A DNA stretch of 64,000 nucleotides from Escherichia coli (GCF_041248615.1 NZ_CP158426.1); one strand, 5' to 3'; positions 29,553 to 39,798 are shown, counted from the stretch's first letter. Translations and numbers: made by a program. The notes: a model not told the origin generated them from the sequence alone.

Positions 29553-31028
29553 TCATTTTTTGCTTTTTTGTACTTCCTTTTCGTATTTGTTCCACATAGC
29601 CTTTTGCTCTTCGGGACTGAGTGCTGTATTACCACTGGCAAGAAACACCTTGAACGCTTCTAACTCAAGCCCTGGGTTGCGGCTTTTCCAGCGGCGAAAA
29701 CGCTTAGCGTGATTATCATCAAGAGTGAAACGCTTTTGCTTATTCTTTGAACCTTGCGGCCTGCCTCTCGACCTCTGCTCATCATCAATACCGATATCTA
29801 TATACTCAATATTATCTGTAAGAGATCTGGCTTGCCATTCATCAAAAACATAAACAGTCTGTGTTTCAGTACTGTCAAAATCCCTTGAAATTCCTCGTAG
29901 TACGAACTGGTGTAAACTTTCGTACTCCCTCGCAACATGTATCGCCTCGCCGTCAATCTCAAAGAACAATTCGCACTGTTTAGCCTCTGTTTCAGAGGGA
30001 CGCATACAAGCGAGCCAGACGCACGTGAGCAAGTGTTGGTACTGGTTAAACCCTCTGGCATCCGGGCTTATCTCTGTGCCGTTTTTGAGGCTCTGAGAAT
30101 CGCTTTTGTTCTTCGTCCAGTAGAAATCCTGTCCCTCAAGTTTTTTATCAATAAATGAGTATATTTTTTGTACTTTATCAGGGTTATTAGTCTTCCATGT
30201 CTTCGATAGTTTTTGATTTTTTGAGAAGTAATAAACCTTTAATCTGTCTTTGAGAGCTGTTTTTCGTGTCAGTAATCCTCCAAGTTCAGTACTTTCAAAG
30301 AGTTCTTTATTGCCTTTATAGATCAATGAATTTTCGAAATTAGCTCCGAGAAAGGTGATTGATACGTCTTTGTACTTACTGAGATCTTTCCATGCGGTAA
30401 TATTAAGCTGTTCCTTTTTCGCATCGGTAAAGTACTCATTATTCATGATGAACATATCATTTTCGTTAATTGCTGGTAGCTGGTTCAAAATATTCTTCAG
30501 TACTTCCCCTTGTATTTCTGGTTTTCTTTCTGCCGCAATATACATATTTTTATCATCTAATGTCAGTACATTGTGTATTAATGAATTAAGAATTGTATTT
30601 TTTATATTAGTATCACCCTCATTAATATTCTGAAAAGAGTGAAAATTAGTAACGTCGTCAATATAAATATTACAGTCAGATAACAATTCAGGAGGAATTT
30701 TGAAAAACGTTTTATCTGTTATGAGTAATGTTTTATTACTTCCAGATGAAAGAAAGTTAATAACTGAATTAATAACACTTTCATCTTTTGGTACTGTATC
30801 TGTAATTATATACTCGCAATTATTGATTTGCTTTGCTGTCTGCTTAATAAGTTCTTGAGTGTTCTGTACTAAAATATATTTTTCAGTACTGTTATTGATT
30901 ATATTGCATATAGCAGTAGTTTTACCTGAACCACAAGGGGCGGAGACATACTTAAATTTATTATAAATAGGTGTGGGATTAATCATTTGTACACGCTCCA
31001 TATTGATTAATGTAGAAAGGTCAGCCAT
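29553..31028 (-). CDS. P-loop NTPase with basic C-terminal tail containing an AT-hook-like RGRP motif; function unknown
   Basis: N-terminal Walker A SAPCGSGKTT, Walker B-like NIYIDDV; C-terminus RSRGRPQGSKNKQKRF. Confidence 0.6.
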   Translation of the reverse strand: MADLSTLINMERVQMINPTPIYNKFKYVSAPCGSGKTTAICNIINNSTEKYILVQNTQELIKQTAKQINNCEYIITDTVPKDESVINSVINFLSSGSNKTLLITDKTFFKIPPELLSDCNIYIDDVTNFHSFQNINEGDTNIKNTILNSLIHNVLTLDDKNMYIAAERKPEIQGEVLKNILNQLPAINENDMFIMNNEYFTDAKKEQLNITAWKDLSKYKDVSITFLGANFENSLIYKGNKELFESTELGGLLTRKTALKDRLKVYYFSKNQKLSKTWKTNNPDKVQKIYSFIDKKLEGQDFYWTKNKSDSQSLKNGTEISPDARGFNQYQHLLTCVWLACMRPSETEAKQCELFFEIDGEAIHVAREYESLHQFVLRGISRDFDSTETQTVYVFDEWQARSLTDNIEYIDIGIDDEQRSRGRPQGSKNKQKRFTLDDNHAKRFRRWKSRNPGLELEAFKVFLASGNTALSPEEQKAMWNKYEKEVQKSKK

Positions 31029-31370
31029 TCCAGTGTCTGGCCTTTCGTTGTTTTAGTTATTAGTCTTTTTGAGTTGCGACAACTGCAAGAGAATGTTTAT
31101 AAACAAGTGAAATAAGCAGTTTTACCGCCTCAAAAGCTACAGTCAGTTTCGTAATTATTTTCGAAAGCATCGTAAATTTCACTTCGCTATCTTCTATGCA
31201 AAAATTAGCAGCCTGAGGTATTTAATGATTGAGATGTGGCCTGTTGATAAGAGGGTTTGTATTGCTTGTTCTGCTCTTTGTTAATTTGTGACTTATTCCT
31301 TTCACAATGATCGGCTATGTTTGATAACTCTGTTAGGAAATCACCTATGGCTACCATATTGGATTTGCCC

Positions 31371-32276
31371 CTATATTTCCAGACACCTGTTATCACTTAA
31401 CCCATTACTGGCCTGCTGCCGCAGATATTCCCGTGGCGAGCGATAACCCAGTGCACTATGCGGATGCCATTCGTTATAATGCTCGAACGCCTCTGCAAGG
31501 TTCTTTGCTGCCGTTAACCCGTCTGGTTTAGGCATGATACTGATGTAGTCACGCTTTATCGTTTTCACGAAGCTCTCTGCTATGCCGTTACTCTCCGGAC
31601 TCCGCACCGCCGTGTTCTTCGGTTCAAGCCCCAATATCCGGGCAAACTGCCGTGTTTCATTAGCCCGGTAGCATGAACCATTATCCGTCAGCCACTCTAC
31701 TGGAGACGCCGGAAGCTCGTTGCCGAAGCGGCGTTCCACCGCTCCCAGCATGACGTCCTGTACTGTTTCACTGTCGAAGCCGCCCGTAGTGACTGCCCAG
31801 TGCAGTGCCTCACGGTCACAGCAGTCCAGCGCGAACGTGACTCGCAGTTTTTCTCCGTTATCACAGCGGAACTCGAACCCGTCAGAGCACCATCGTTGAT
31901 TGCTTTCTTTCACGGCCACTTTGCCAGTATGTGCCCGTTTCGATGGCGGTACAGCGGTTTTTCGCTCAAGCAACAGCGCATTCTGGCGCATGATCCGGTA
32001 AACACGTTTGGCATTGATCGCAGGCGTACCATCAAGTTCGGCCTGTCTGCGAAGCAGCGCCCATACCCGACGATAACCATACGTGGGCAGCTCTCCGATA
32101 ACATGGTGTATACGGAGAAGCACATCCGTATCATCTGAGTGACGGCTGCGGCGACCATCTTTCCAGTCATCGGTTCGTCTGAGAATTACGTGCAACTGCG
32201 CACGCGACACCCGGAGACAACGGCTGACTAAGCTTACTCCCCATCCCCGGGCAATAAGGGCGCGTGCGCTATCCAC
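31371..32276 (-). CDS. insD: IS2 transposase OrfB (InsD), DDE domain
   Basis: 301-aa ORF recognised as IS2 InsD; overlaps insC in the -1 frame as expected for an orfAB frameshift fusion. Confidence 0.9.
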   Translation of the reverse strand: MDSARALIARGWGVSLVSRCLRVSRAQLHVILRRTDDWKDGRRSRHSDDTDVLLRIHHVIGELPTYGYRRVWALLRRQAELDGTPAINAKRVYRIMRQNALLLERKTAVPPSKRAHTGKVAVKESNQRWCSDGFEFRCDNGEKLRVTFALDCCDREALHWAVTTGGFDSETVQDVMLGAVERRFGNELPASPVEWLTDNGSCYRANETRQFARILGLEPKNTAVRSPESNGIAESFVKTIKRDYISIMPKPDGLTAAKNLAEAFEHYNEWHPHSALGYRSPREYLRQQASNGLSDNRCLEI

Positions 32277-32599
32277 TTTTTTGCACGCCCGTATTCAACG
32301 GCTTCTTTAAGGAGTTCATTTTCCATCGTTTTTTTGCCGAGCAGGCGCTGGAGTTCTTTAATCTGCTTCATGGCAGCAGCAAGTTCAGAGGCAGGAACGA
32401 CCTGCTCTCCTGCGGCCACAGCAGTAAGACTTCCCTCCTGGTATTGCTTGCGCCAGAGAAATAACTGGCTGGCTGCCACACCGTGTTGCCGGGCAACAAG
32501 GGAGACCTTCATTCCCGGTTCAAAACTCTGCTGAACAATAGCGATCTTTTCCTGTGTAGTACGCCGTCTGCGTTTCTCCGGTCCTAAGACATCAATCAT
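32234..32599 (-). CDS. insC: IS2 OrfA (InsC), HTH protein
   Basis: [56 protein letters not shown]...; start taken at MIDVL (ORF track begins 45 nt upstream). Confidence 0.9.
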   Translation of the reverse strand: MIDVLGPEKRRRRTTQEKIAIVQQSFEPGMKVSLVARQHGVAASQLFLWRKQYQEGSLTAVAAGEQVVPASELAAAMKQIKELQRLLGKKTMENELLKEAVEYGRAKKWIAHAPLLPGDGE

Positions 32600-33184
32600 C
32601 TGCTCTCCAATGACTAGTCTAAAAACTAGTATTAAGACTATCACTTATTTAAGTGATATTGGTTGTCTGGAGATTCATGGGGCCAGTCTACATATAATCA
32701 TGTTCATCTTCTAATTCTTTAAATTTTAATAGAGAAATCTCTTCATAATATTCTTTCATTTTCATATAAATCACCTTTTATTTTTTTGTTGTTAACACAG
32801 GTTTTTTTCTGCACTACACATTATAGCACATAGAATTAATTCGTTTCATTTTCTGTCAATGAAATAGAGTAAAGATAAATGCTTTTATAAAGCACTTATC
32901 ACATCCGTTGCCTTGCTATATATAAAAAGTTCTCCAAACTATACTGGTGTATATTTTCCCCATCAGATACAGTTGTTTTTAAACATTACAATGTTGGATT
33001 CTTGGTTCCAAATAAATCGAGCAACTATTAGTGTTTCAAAATGAAGTTGGGAGCTATTCCTTAATTCGTATGAGGTACAAAATGGGGTACTCGGTGGGGT
33101 ACAGCGTGTATAAGTGACGTCACCACGGGTAAACTTGCATCGGCGAGCAACTTAACCTAAGCTGACAAAAATTAAGAGAAATGT

Positions 33185-33317
33185 AACCAAACGACTCGGG
33201 GTGCCCTTCTGCGTGAAGGCTGAGAAATACCCGTATCACCTGATCTGGATAATGCCAGCGTAGGGAAGTCACGGACCACCAGGTCATTGCTTCTTCACGT
33301 TATGGCAGGAGCAAACT
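33185..33317 (+). promoter_or_regulatory. thiM TPP riboswitch (thi-box aptamer plus expression platform); its first 80 bp are also the right direct repeat (attR-like) of the island
   Basis: Sequence ...cgactcggggtgcccttctgcgtgaaggctgagaaatacccgtatcacctgatctggataatgccagcgtagggaagtcacggaccaccaggtcattgcttcttcacgttatggcaggagcaaactATG matches the recalled E. coli thiM riboswitch. Confidence 0.9.
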
Positions 33318-34106
33318 ATGCAAGTCGACCTGCTGAGTTCCGCGCAATCTGCGCACGCGTTACACCTTTTTCACCAACATTCCCCTCTTGTGCACTGCAT
33401 GACCAACGATGTGGTGCAAACCTTTACTGCCAATACCTTGCTGGCGCTCGGTGCATCGCCAGCGATGGTTATCGAAACCGAAGAGGCCAGTCAGTTTGCG
33501 GCTATCGCCAGTGCGTTGCTGATTAACGTTGGCACGCTGACGCAGCCACGCGCACAGGCGATGCGTGCCGCCGTTGAACAGGCAAAACGCTCTCAAACAC
33601 CCTGGATGCTTGATCCAGTAGCGGTGGGTGCACTCGATTATCGCCGCCGTTTTTGTCTGGAACTTCTGTCTCATAAGCCAACCGCCATACGTGGTAATGC
33701 TTCGGAAATCATGGCATTAGCTGGCGTTGCTAATGGTGGACGGGGAGTGGATACCACTGACGCCGCAGCTAACGCGATACCCGCTGCACAAACACTGGCA
33801 CGGGAAACTGGCGCAATCGTCGTGGTCACTGGCGAGATGGATTATGTTACCGATGGACATCGTATCATTGGTATTCACGGTGGCGATCCGTTAATGACCA
33901 AAGTGGTAGGAACTGGCTGTGCATTATCGGCGGTTGTCGCTGCCTGTTGTGCGTTACCAGGCGATACGCTGGAAAATGTCGCATCTGCCTGTCACTGGAT
34001 GAAACAAGCCGGAGAACGCGCAGTCGCCAGTAGCGAGGGGCCAGGCAGTTTTGTTCCACATTTCCTTGATGCGCTCTGGCAATTGACGCCGGAGGTGCAG
34101 GCATGA
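33318..34106 (+). CDS. thiM: Hydroxyethylthiazole kinase
   Basis: 262-aa [36 protein letters not shown]...; 4-bp overlap with thiD. Confidence 0.95.
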   Translation: MQVDLLSSAQSAHALHLFHQHSPLVHCMTNDVVQTFTANTLLALGASPAMVIETEEASQFAAIASALLINVGTLTQPRAQAMRAAVEQAKRSQTPWMLDPVAVGALDYRRRFCLELLSHKPTAIRGNASEIMALAGVANGGRGVDTTDAAANAIPAAQTLARETGAIVVVTGEMDYVTDGHRIIGIHGGDPLMTKVVGTGCALSAVVAACCALPGDTLENVASACHWMKQAGERAVASSEGPGSFVPHFLDALWQLTPEVQA

Positions 34107-34903
34107 AACGAATTAACGCTCTGACGATTGCCGGTACTGATCCGAGTGGTGGTGCGGGGATTCAGGCCGATCTTAAAACCTTCTCGGCACTTGGCGCTTA
34201 TGGTTGCTCAGTGATTACTGCACTGGTGGCGCAAAATACCCGTGGCGTACAGTCGGTGTATCGCATTGAGCCTGATTTTGTCGCCGCCCAGCTCGATTCG
34301 GTGTTCAGCGATGTGCGAATCGATACCACTAAAATCGGTATGTTGGCGGAAACCGATATTGTTGAAGCGGTGGCAGAACGGTTGCAACGTTATCAGATCC
34401 AAAACGTGGTACTCGACACCGTTATGCTGGCAAAAAGCGGCGACCCGCTGCTTTCACCTTCGGCGGTTGCTACGCTGCGCAGTCGATTATTGCCACAGGT
34501 TTCATTAATAACGCCAAACTTGCCCGAAGCTGCTGCCTTGCTCGACGCGCCACACGCGCGCACCGAACAGGAAATGCTGGAACAAGGGCGATCGCTGTTG
34601 GCGATGGGCTGTGGCGCAGTGCTAATGAAAGGTGGTCATCTGGATGATGAGCAAAGCCCGGACTGGCTGTTTACTCGCGAGGGAGAACAACGGTTTACCG
34701 CACCGCGCATTATGACCAAAAACACCCACGGCACTGGTTGTACGCTCTCTGCGGCGTTGGCTGCACTACGCCCGCGCCATACAAACTGGGCTGACACCGT
34801 ACAGGAGGCAAAAAGCTGGCTTTCATCGGCGTTAGCCCAGGCCGACACGCTGGAAGTTGGTCACGGTATTGGTCCGGTTCACCACTTCCACGCCTGGTGG
34901 TGA
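34103..34903 (+). CDS. thiD: Hydroxymethylpyrimidine/phosphomethylpyrimidine kinase
   Basis: 266-aa [37 protein letters not shown]... Confidence 0.95.
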   Translation: MKRINALTIAGTDPSGGAGIQADLKTFSALGAYGCSVITALVAQNTRGVQSVYRIEPDFVAAQLDSVFSDVRIDTTKIGMLAETDIVEAVAERLQRYQIQNVVLDTVMLAKSGDPLLSPSAVATLRSRLLPQVSLITPNLPEAAALLDAPHARTEQEMLEQGRSLLAMGCGAVLMKGGHLDDEQSPDWLFTREGEQRFTAPRIMTKNTHGTGCTLSAALAALRPRHTNWADTVQEAKSWLSSALAQADTLEVGHGIGPVHHFHAWW

Positions 34904-34958
34904 GCACCGTACTATAGCTGCTTTGGTTATTGTCAGCCTTTGGCACTGACATTCAGGG

Positions 34959-35786
34959 ATGAAACCAATGCAGCTAAGAATCACCAGTCGAAAAAAACTC
35001 ACCGCTTTATTATGCGCTCTTGGGCTAATTTCCATCGTTGCGATTCATCCGCGTCAGACGGTGAATTTTTTCTATTCGACAGCAATTCAGATTAAAGACT
35101 ACATCCACTTCTACGGTTATCGCCCGGTTAAATCTTTCGCTATTCGCATTCCTGCCAGTTACACCATTCACGGAATAGATGTTTCGCGCTGGCAGGAGCG
35201 AATCGACTGGCAGCGGGTGGCAAAAATGCGCGATAACGGTATTCGCTTGCAATTTGCCTTTATCAAGGCGACGGAAGGCGAAAAGCTGGTGGACCCCTAT
35301 TTTTCGCGTAACTGGCAACTAAGCCGCGAAAATGGCCTGCTGCGCGGGGCGTATCATTATTTTTCCCCGTCGGTATCCGCTTCAGTTCAGGCGAGATTAT
35401 TTCTGCAAACGGTGGATTTCTCACAAGGCGATTTCCCTGCCGTGCTGGACGTAGAAGAACGGGGAAAATTATCGGCAAAAGAATTACGCAAGCGGGTAAG
35501 TCAGTGGCTAAAAATGGTCGAAAAAAGTACGGGGAAAAAGCCGATTATTTACTCAGGAGCCGTTTTTTATCACACGAATCTGGCGGGCTATTTCAATGAA
35601 TATCCGTGGTGGGTGGCTCATTACTATCAACGTCGTCCGGACAATGACGGCATGGCCTGGCGCTTCTGGCAGCATTCCGACCGTGGACAGGTAGATGGCA
35701 TTAATGGTCCGGTGGATTTTAATGTGTTTAATGGCACGGTGGAGGAGTTGCAGGTATTCGTTGATGGGATTAAAGAAACGCCTTAA
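34959..35786 (+). CDS. yegX: Glycoside hydrolase family 25 (lysozyme-like) protein
   Basis: 275-aa ORF with signal/anchor N-terminus and GH25-like motifs (GIDVSRWQ..., FAFIKATEG); synteny next to thiD. Confidence 0.8.
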   Translation: MKPMQLRITSRKKLTALLCALGLISIVAIHPRQTVNFFYSTAIQIKDYIHFYGYRPVKSFAIRIPASYTIHGIDVSRWQERIDWQRVAKMRDNGIRLQFAFIKATEGEKLVDPYFSRNWQLSRENGLLRGAYHYFSPSVSASVQARLFLQTVDFSQGDFPAVLDVEERGKLSAKELRKRVSQWLKMVEKSTGKKPIIYSGAVFYHTNLAGYFNEYPWWVAHYYQRRPDNDGMAWRFWQHSDRGQVDGINGPVDFNVFNGTVEELQVFVDGIKETP

Positions 35787-35837
35787 ATAAGAAGCAGTGA
35801 TATACTCCCACCAGACTCCCTGGCAGGAAAAAGACAA

Positions 35838-36584
35838 ATGGAACAAGCGCATACCCAGCTGATTGCCCAACTGAACGAACGTATTTTAGCGGCGGATAAC
35901 ACGCCGCTTTATATTAAGTTTGCCGAAACGGTAAAAAATGCCGTGCGCAGCGGGGTGCTGGAGCATGGCAATATTTTGCCCGGTGAGCGTGATTTAAGTC
36001 AGTTAACCGGCGTTTCGCGCATTACGGTGCGCAAGGCGATGCAGGCGCTGGAAGAAGAGGGCGTGGTGACGCGTTCGCGTGGTTACGGTACGCAGATCAA
36101 CAACATCTTCGAATACTCGTTGAAAGAAGCGCGAGGTTTTTCTCAGCAGGTGGTATTGCGCGGGAAAAAGCCCGATACACTATGGGTTAACAAGCGTGTC
36201 GTGAAATGTCCCGAAGAAGTCGCGCAGCAGCTAGCGGTCGAAGCAGGAAGTAATGTCTTTTTGCTTAAGCGTATTCGCTATGTCGATGAAGAAGCGGTAT
36301 CAATTGAGGAATCGTGGGTTCCGGCGCATTTAATTCATGATGTTGATGCCATCGGAATTTCTCTTTATGACTACTTCCGCAGCCAGCACATTTACCCACA
36401 ACGTACGCGTTCCCGCGTTAGCGCCCGGATGCCGGATGCCGAGTTTCAGTCACATATTCAGTTAGATAGCAAAATACCGGTGCTGGTGATCAAGCAAGTG
36501 GCGCTTGACCAACAGCAACGGCCTATTGAGTACAGCATTAGCCACTGTCGCAGCGATCTATACGTTTTTGTGTGCGAGGAGTAG
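35838..36584 (+). CDS. yegW: GntR-family transcriptional regulator
   Basis: N-terminal HTH (LPGERDLSQLTGVSRITVRKAMQALEEEG) and UTRA-like C-terminal domain; 248 aa. Confidence 0.85.
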   Translation: MEQAHTQLIAQLNERILAADNTPLYIKFAETVKNAVRSGVLEHGNILPGERDLSQLTGVSRITVRKAMQALEEEGVVTRSRGYGTQINNIFEYSLKEARGFSQQVVLRGKKPDTLWVNKRVVKCPEEVAQQLAVEAGSNVFLLKRIRYVDEEAVSIEESWVPAHLIHDVDAIGISLYDYFRSQHIYPQRTRSRVSARMPDAEFQSHIQLDSKIPVLVIKQVALDQQQRPIEYSISHCRSDLYVFVCEE

Positions 36585-37523
36585 TTCCTCGCGCGTTGGC
36601 GCACAATCACCGCCCCGATGCCCGACAACCCATGACGCCACTGCATTGCCCAGTAATACAGCATCCGCCAGTGGCAGACCAGAGGCCAGCCCGGCAAGTA
36701 CGCCGCCGGCATGACTGTCGCCCGCCCCAATGGTGTCTACAACTTGAGTTGGAAATGCCGGAATGCAGCCAGAAGCGTCGTTGCTGAAATACCATGCGCC
36801 CTCTTTATCGAGACGAATGATCAACGGCGCGGCAAATTTCTCCTGCCATTGCTTGCCAAGTGTTGTTATCTCTGCGGATAAAGCAAAACGTTCGGCGGCA
36901 ATCTCAGCCTCCTGACGATTGAGTGACACTAAAGGTCGACAGGCCATGATCCGCGCCAGTAATGCATCCGGGATATCGCCAATACGTGGGCCAAAATCGA
37001 TAAACGGCGTCACGTCTTGCAGCTTTTCCAGCCATTCCACTAATAATTCGCCGCAGGGCGAGGCCAGTTGATAACCGGAAAAATAGAGCAGGCTGCCAGG
37101 CGCAACGGTTAATCGCGCCAGCCACTGGCGATTCCACTGATTTTCCACACCGCTGAATGACATAAAAGTGCGTTCGCCATCCGGCTCAACCAGCGCCAGA
37201 CACCAGCCGTTATCGCCTTCGGCGTTATCGATCAGGCTGATTAACCCCTCTTTCGCCATCCGGTTGCGAATAATCTCCGCCCACACGCCCTGACCGAGCG
37301 GCAAGGCATTACCCGCTTCGATGCCGAGGCGCTTTAACGCCACGGCAATATTCAGTGCGCAGCCGCCAACGTTAACGCTCTGCTGTTTCAGTTCGATATC
37401 GCACCCACGCCAGGGGAGGGCATAAGCGTCGGCGATCACATCAATGACCGCCGCGCCGACGACCATCACCGGCTGACGCGTGGCTAATTCAGGCAGCAGC
37501 GTGTGTAATCGAGCGCCGCTCAT
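36558..37523 (-). CDS. yegV: PfkB-family sugar/nucleoside kinase
   Basis: 321-aa ORF with ribokinase-like motifs (DTIGAGDSHAGG); convergent 27-bp overlap with the yegW 3' end. Confidence 0.8.
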   Translation of the reverse strand: MSGARLHTLLPELATRQPVMVVGAAVIDVIADAYALPWRGCDIELKQQSVNVGGCALNIAVALKRLGIEAGNALPLGQGVWAEIIRNRMAKEGLISLIDNAEGDNGWCLALVEPDGERTFMSFSGVENQWNRQWLARLTVAPGSLLYFSGYQLASPCGELLVEWLEKLQDVTPFIDFGPRIGDIPDALLARIMACRPLVSLNRQEAEIAAERFALSAEITTLGKQWQEKFAAPLIIRLDKEGAWYFSNDASGCIPAFPTQVVDTIGAGDSHAGGVLAGLASGLPLADAVLLGNAVASWVVGHRGGDCAPTREELLLAHKNV

Positions 37524-38524
37524 ATCGCCTCCCGTTGTTGGCGATACTTCGCCAGCGCCGTGGCATAGCGGTTGAAATCAAGCTGATTTACCGCATCCAG
37601 TTCCGTCTTTAACGCAGGATCGATTGCGTTAACGCCATGCAACGCGCCACAAATTGCCGTCGCCATAGCACCGATGGTGTCTGTGTCGCCGCCAAGGTTA
37701 GCGCACAGGACGGCGCAACGGTTCGGGTCGGTTTGTGCCAGTTCAACCAGCGCAATGGCGCACGGAACGGACTCAATAGTGCTGGTACCTGCGCCAACGA
37801 CCTGGTAAAGCTGTTCGCTGGCGGATTCGGTGCCGTCGGCATTGCGCACAATTTTCAGCGCAATCTCCAGACGTGCTGCCAGTGAGGCGCTGAAGGTAGT
37901 GATGCGTTTTTGTTGAGCATGTCGCGCAATTGAAGGCAGTGAATCAACAATTGCTGACCAGCTTTCTCCGTCAATGGCACGAGAAATCGCCCATGCGATG
38001 ACTACCGCCCCCGCAACCGCCAGATCGGATTTATGTGTCGGGCTGGAGGCCAGCGCCACATCATCAATAAAGGAATCAACATCACGCGCCGGAAGCAAAC
38101 AACCTAATGGCGAGACGCGCATCGCTGCGCCGTTGGTCACGCCGTTATTTTCCAGTTCAGCAACGGGTTTACCGTCGCGAATGGCGTTAAGCGCAATCTT
38201 CGAGGTCGGACCTAGTACGTTTTTGTTAAAGGCGTCGAAACGCAGCGCCCAGTCGAGAATATTACGCCCAATCAGATCTGGATCGATCTTGCCTTCACGT
38301 TCCAGTAACGCATCCGCCAGACACAGCGCCATCGAGGTATCGTCGGTGAATTCGGCGCGGTTAAAATAACAGGCTGCGTTATTCTCCTTTGGTCCAGGCA
38401 GAAAACGATCAATCCAGCCAAAGTGTGCTTTAACGCGGCTGCGTGGCCAAAGCTCGGAGGGCATCCCCATCGCATCCCCTAACGCCTGCCCATAAAGAGC
38501 ACCGAGAATACGTTCTGTTTTCAT
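37520..38524 (-). CDS. yegU: ADP-ribosylglycohydrolase-family protein
   Basis: 334-aa ORF; 4-bp overlaps with yegV and yegT (operon yegTUV). Confidence 0.8.
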   Translation of the reverse strand: MKTERILGALYGQALGDAMGMPSELWPRSRVKAHFGWIDRFLPGPKENNAACYFNRAEFTDDTSMALCLADALLEREGKIDPDLIGRNILDWALRFDAFNKNVLGPTSKIALNAIRDGKPVAELENNGVTNGAAMRVSPLGCLLPARDVDSFIDDVALASSPTHKSDLAVAGAVVIAWAISRAIDGESWSAIVDSLPSIARHAQQKRITTFSASLAARLEIALKIVRNADGTESASEQLYQVVGAGTSTIESVPCAIALVELAQTDPNRCAVLCANLGGDTDTIGAMATAICGALHGVNAIDPALKTELDAVNQLDFNRYATALAKYRQQREAI

Positions 38525-39798
38525 TTAACTTCCCCTTGTGTCAACGCAATATCGCGATCATCGACCTTGATAGCCGTAATTTCGTTGTCGGATTCGCGGA
38601 AAAAAATCATGAACAGCACGGCGATAATGGCAATCATCACCGCGCCAAAAGTCCACATCCCGGACCAGTTGAAAGTCAGTCCGTTTACCGGTTCCTGATA
38701 AGCGAACATCTTTTCCATCATCACACCGCCAAGACGATAGCCGAGCAAACTGCCGAAGCCCTGGCAGCAGAGCGTGATCAGCCCCTGCGCAGCGGTACGC
38801 ATATGCACGGGGGCTTTTTTATCGACATAGATGTAAGCGGTAACGTAGTAAAAATCGTAACTTACTCCATGCAGCAAAATGCCGAGGAACAGTAACGCGT
38901 AGGTGAAATATTCATCCGCACTACCGTAAATAAAGAAGCCATAGCGGATCGCAGCGGTGACCAGACCAAGTAATAATACCTTTTTGATACCAAAGCGTTT
39001 GGTGAAAAACGGCAATGCCAGCATAAAGAAGATTTCAGAGAACTGGCCGAGCGTCATCCAGCCAGTGGCGTTTTTCATACCGACTTCGGTCAGATAACCG
39101 TTGGCAAAGATGTAATAGAACGCCAGTGGCATCGCAAACAGGAATGAACAGAAGAAAAAGACGAGGAAGTTTTTATCGCGCAGCAGGATCAGCGCATCCA
39201 GGCCGAGCATGACTTTAATGTCCATTTTGCCGGTGCTTTTTGGCGGCGTGTCGGGCAGGAAAAACGCAAACACACCGAGCAGAGCAGAACTTCCGGCGGT
39301 AATCAGCAGCGGGATGTTAGTCGGAGAGATATCGGCATAACCCAGCATTTGCGGCAAAAATCCACATGCCAGACCAGAGGCAATCCAGCCGATAGTGCCC
39401 ATCACACGAATGCGTGGGAAATCACGCTCCACATCCGGCACGTTGGCAAAAGCGATACTGTTAGTCAGCGCAATGGTCGGCATATAGGTTAGCGAGTAGG
39501 CCAGCAGTAACGGGAAGAACCCGGCAAAAGTGGTCTGTTGCGCAGCGAAATACATCAGCGCCGCACCAGCGAACATCAATACCGCCAGCACTTTCTGCGC
39601 CGAGAAAAAGCGGTCAGTGATGGAGCCAACCAGAATTGGCGACAGGATCGCCGCAATGGCGGTACAGGCATACGACCAGCCAATTTCTCCGGCACTAAAA
39701 CCGCTTTTACTTAACCACAACCACAATGGCACAAACCACGCGCCCCAGATAAACCATTCAACAAACATCATGAACGACAGCTTTGCTGTTGTTTTCAT
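38521..39798 (-). CDS. yegT: MFS nucleoside transporter (NHS family)
   Basis: 425-aa polytopic membrane ORF. Confidence 0.8.
   Translation of the reverse strand: MKTTAKLSFMMFVEWFIWGAWFVPLWLWLSKSGFSAGEIGWSYACTAIAAILSPILVGSITDRFFSAQKVLAVLMFAGAALMYFAAQQTTFAGFFPLLLAYSLTYMPTIALTNSIAFANVPDVERDFPRIRVMGTIGWIASGLACGFLPQMLGYADISPTNIPLLITAGSSALLGVFAFFLPDTPPKSTGKMDIKVMLGLDALILLRDKNFLVFFFCSFLFAMPLAFYYIFANGYLTEVGMKNATGWMTLGQFSEIFFMLALPFFTKRFGIKKVLLLGLVTAAIRYGFFIYGSADEYFTYALLFLGILLHGVSYDFYYVTAYIYVDKKAPVHMRTAAQGLITLCCQGFGSLLGYRLGGVMMEKMFAYQEPVNGLTFNWSGMWTFGAVMIAIIAVLFMIFFRESDNEITAIKVDDRDIALTQGEVK

Larger units (their letters stand above)
31360..32690 (-). mobile_element. IS2 (IS3 family), complete 1331-bp copy with 5-bp target-site duplication CATAT
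   Basis: Terminal sequences TGGATTTGCCCCTATATTTCC... and ...GGGGCCAGTCTA match IS2 ends; CATAT at 31355-31359 and 32691-32695; encodes insC/insD. Confidence 0.9.
31205..32765 (-). pseudogene. Small ORF (about 74 aa when rejoined) split by the IS2 insertion
   Basis: Minus-strand reading MKMKEYYEEISLLKFKELEDEHDYM (32691-32765) continues in frame as VAIGDFLTELSNIADHCERNK... (31205-31354) once IS2 and one copy of the CATAT duplication are removed. Confidence 0.55.

Noticed and set aside
36558-36584. 27-bp overlap between the 3' ends of yegW (+) and yegV (-)
   Set aside because: Convergent 3'-end overlaps of this size are common; considered whether one call was wrong, but both ORFs have convincing family motifs.
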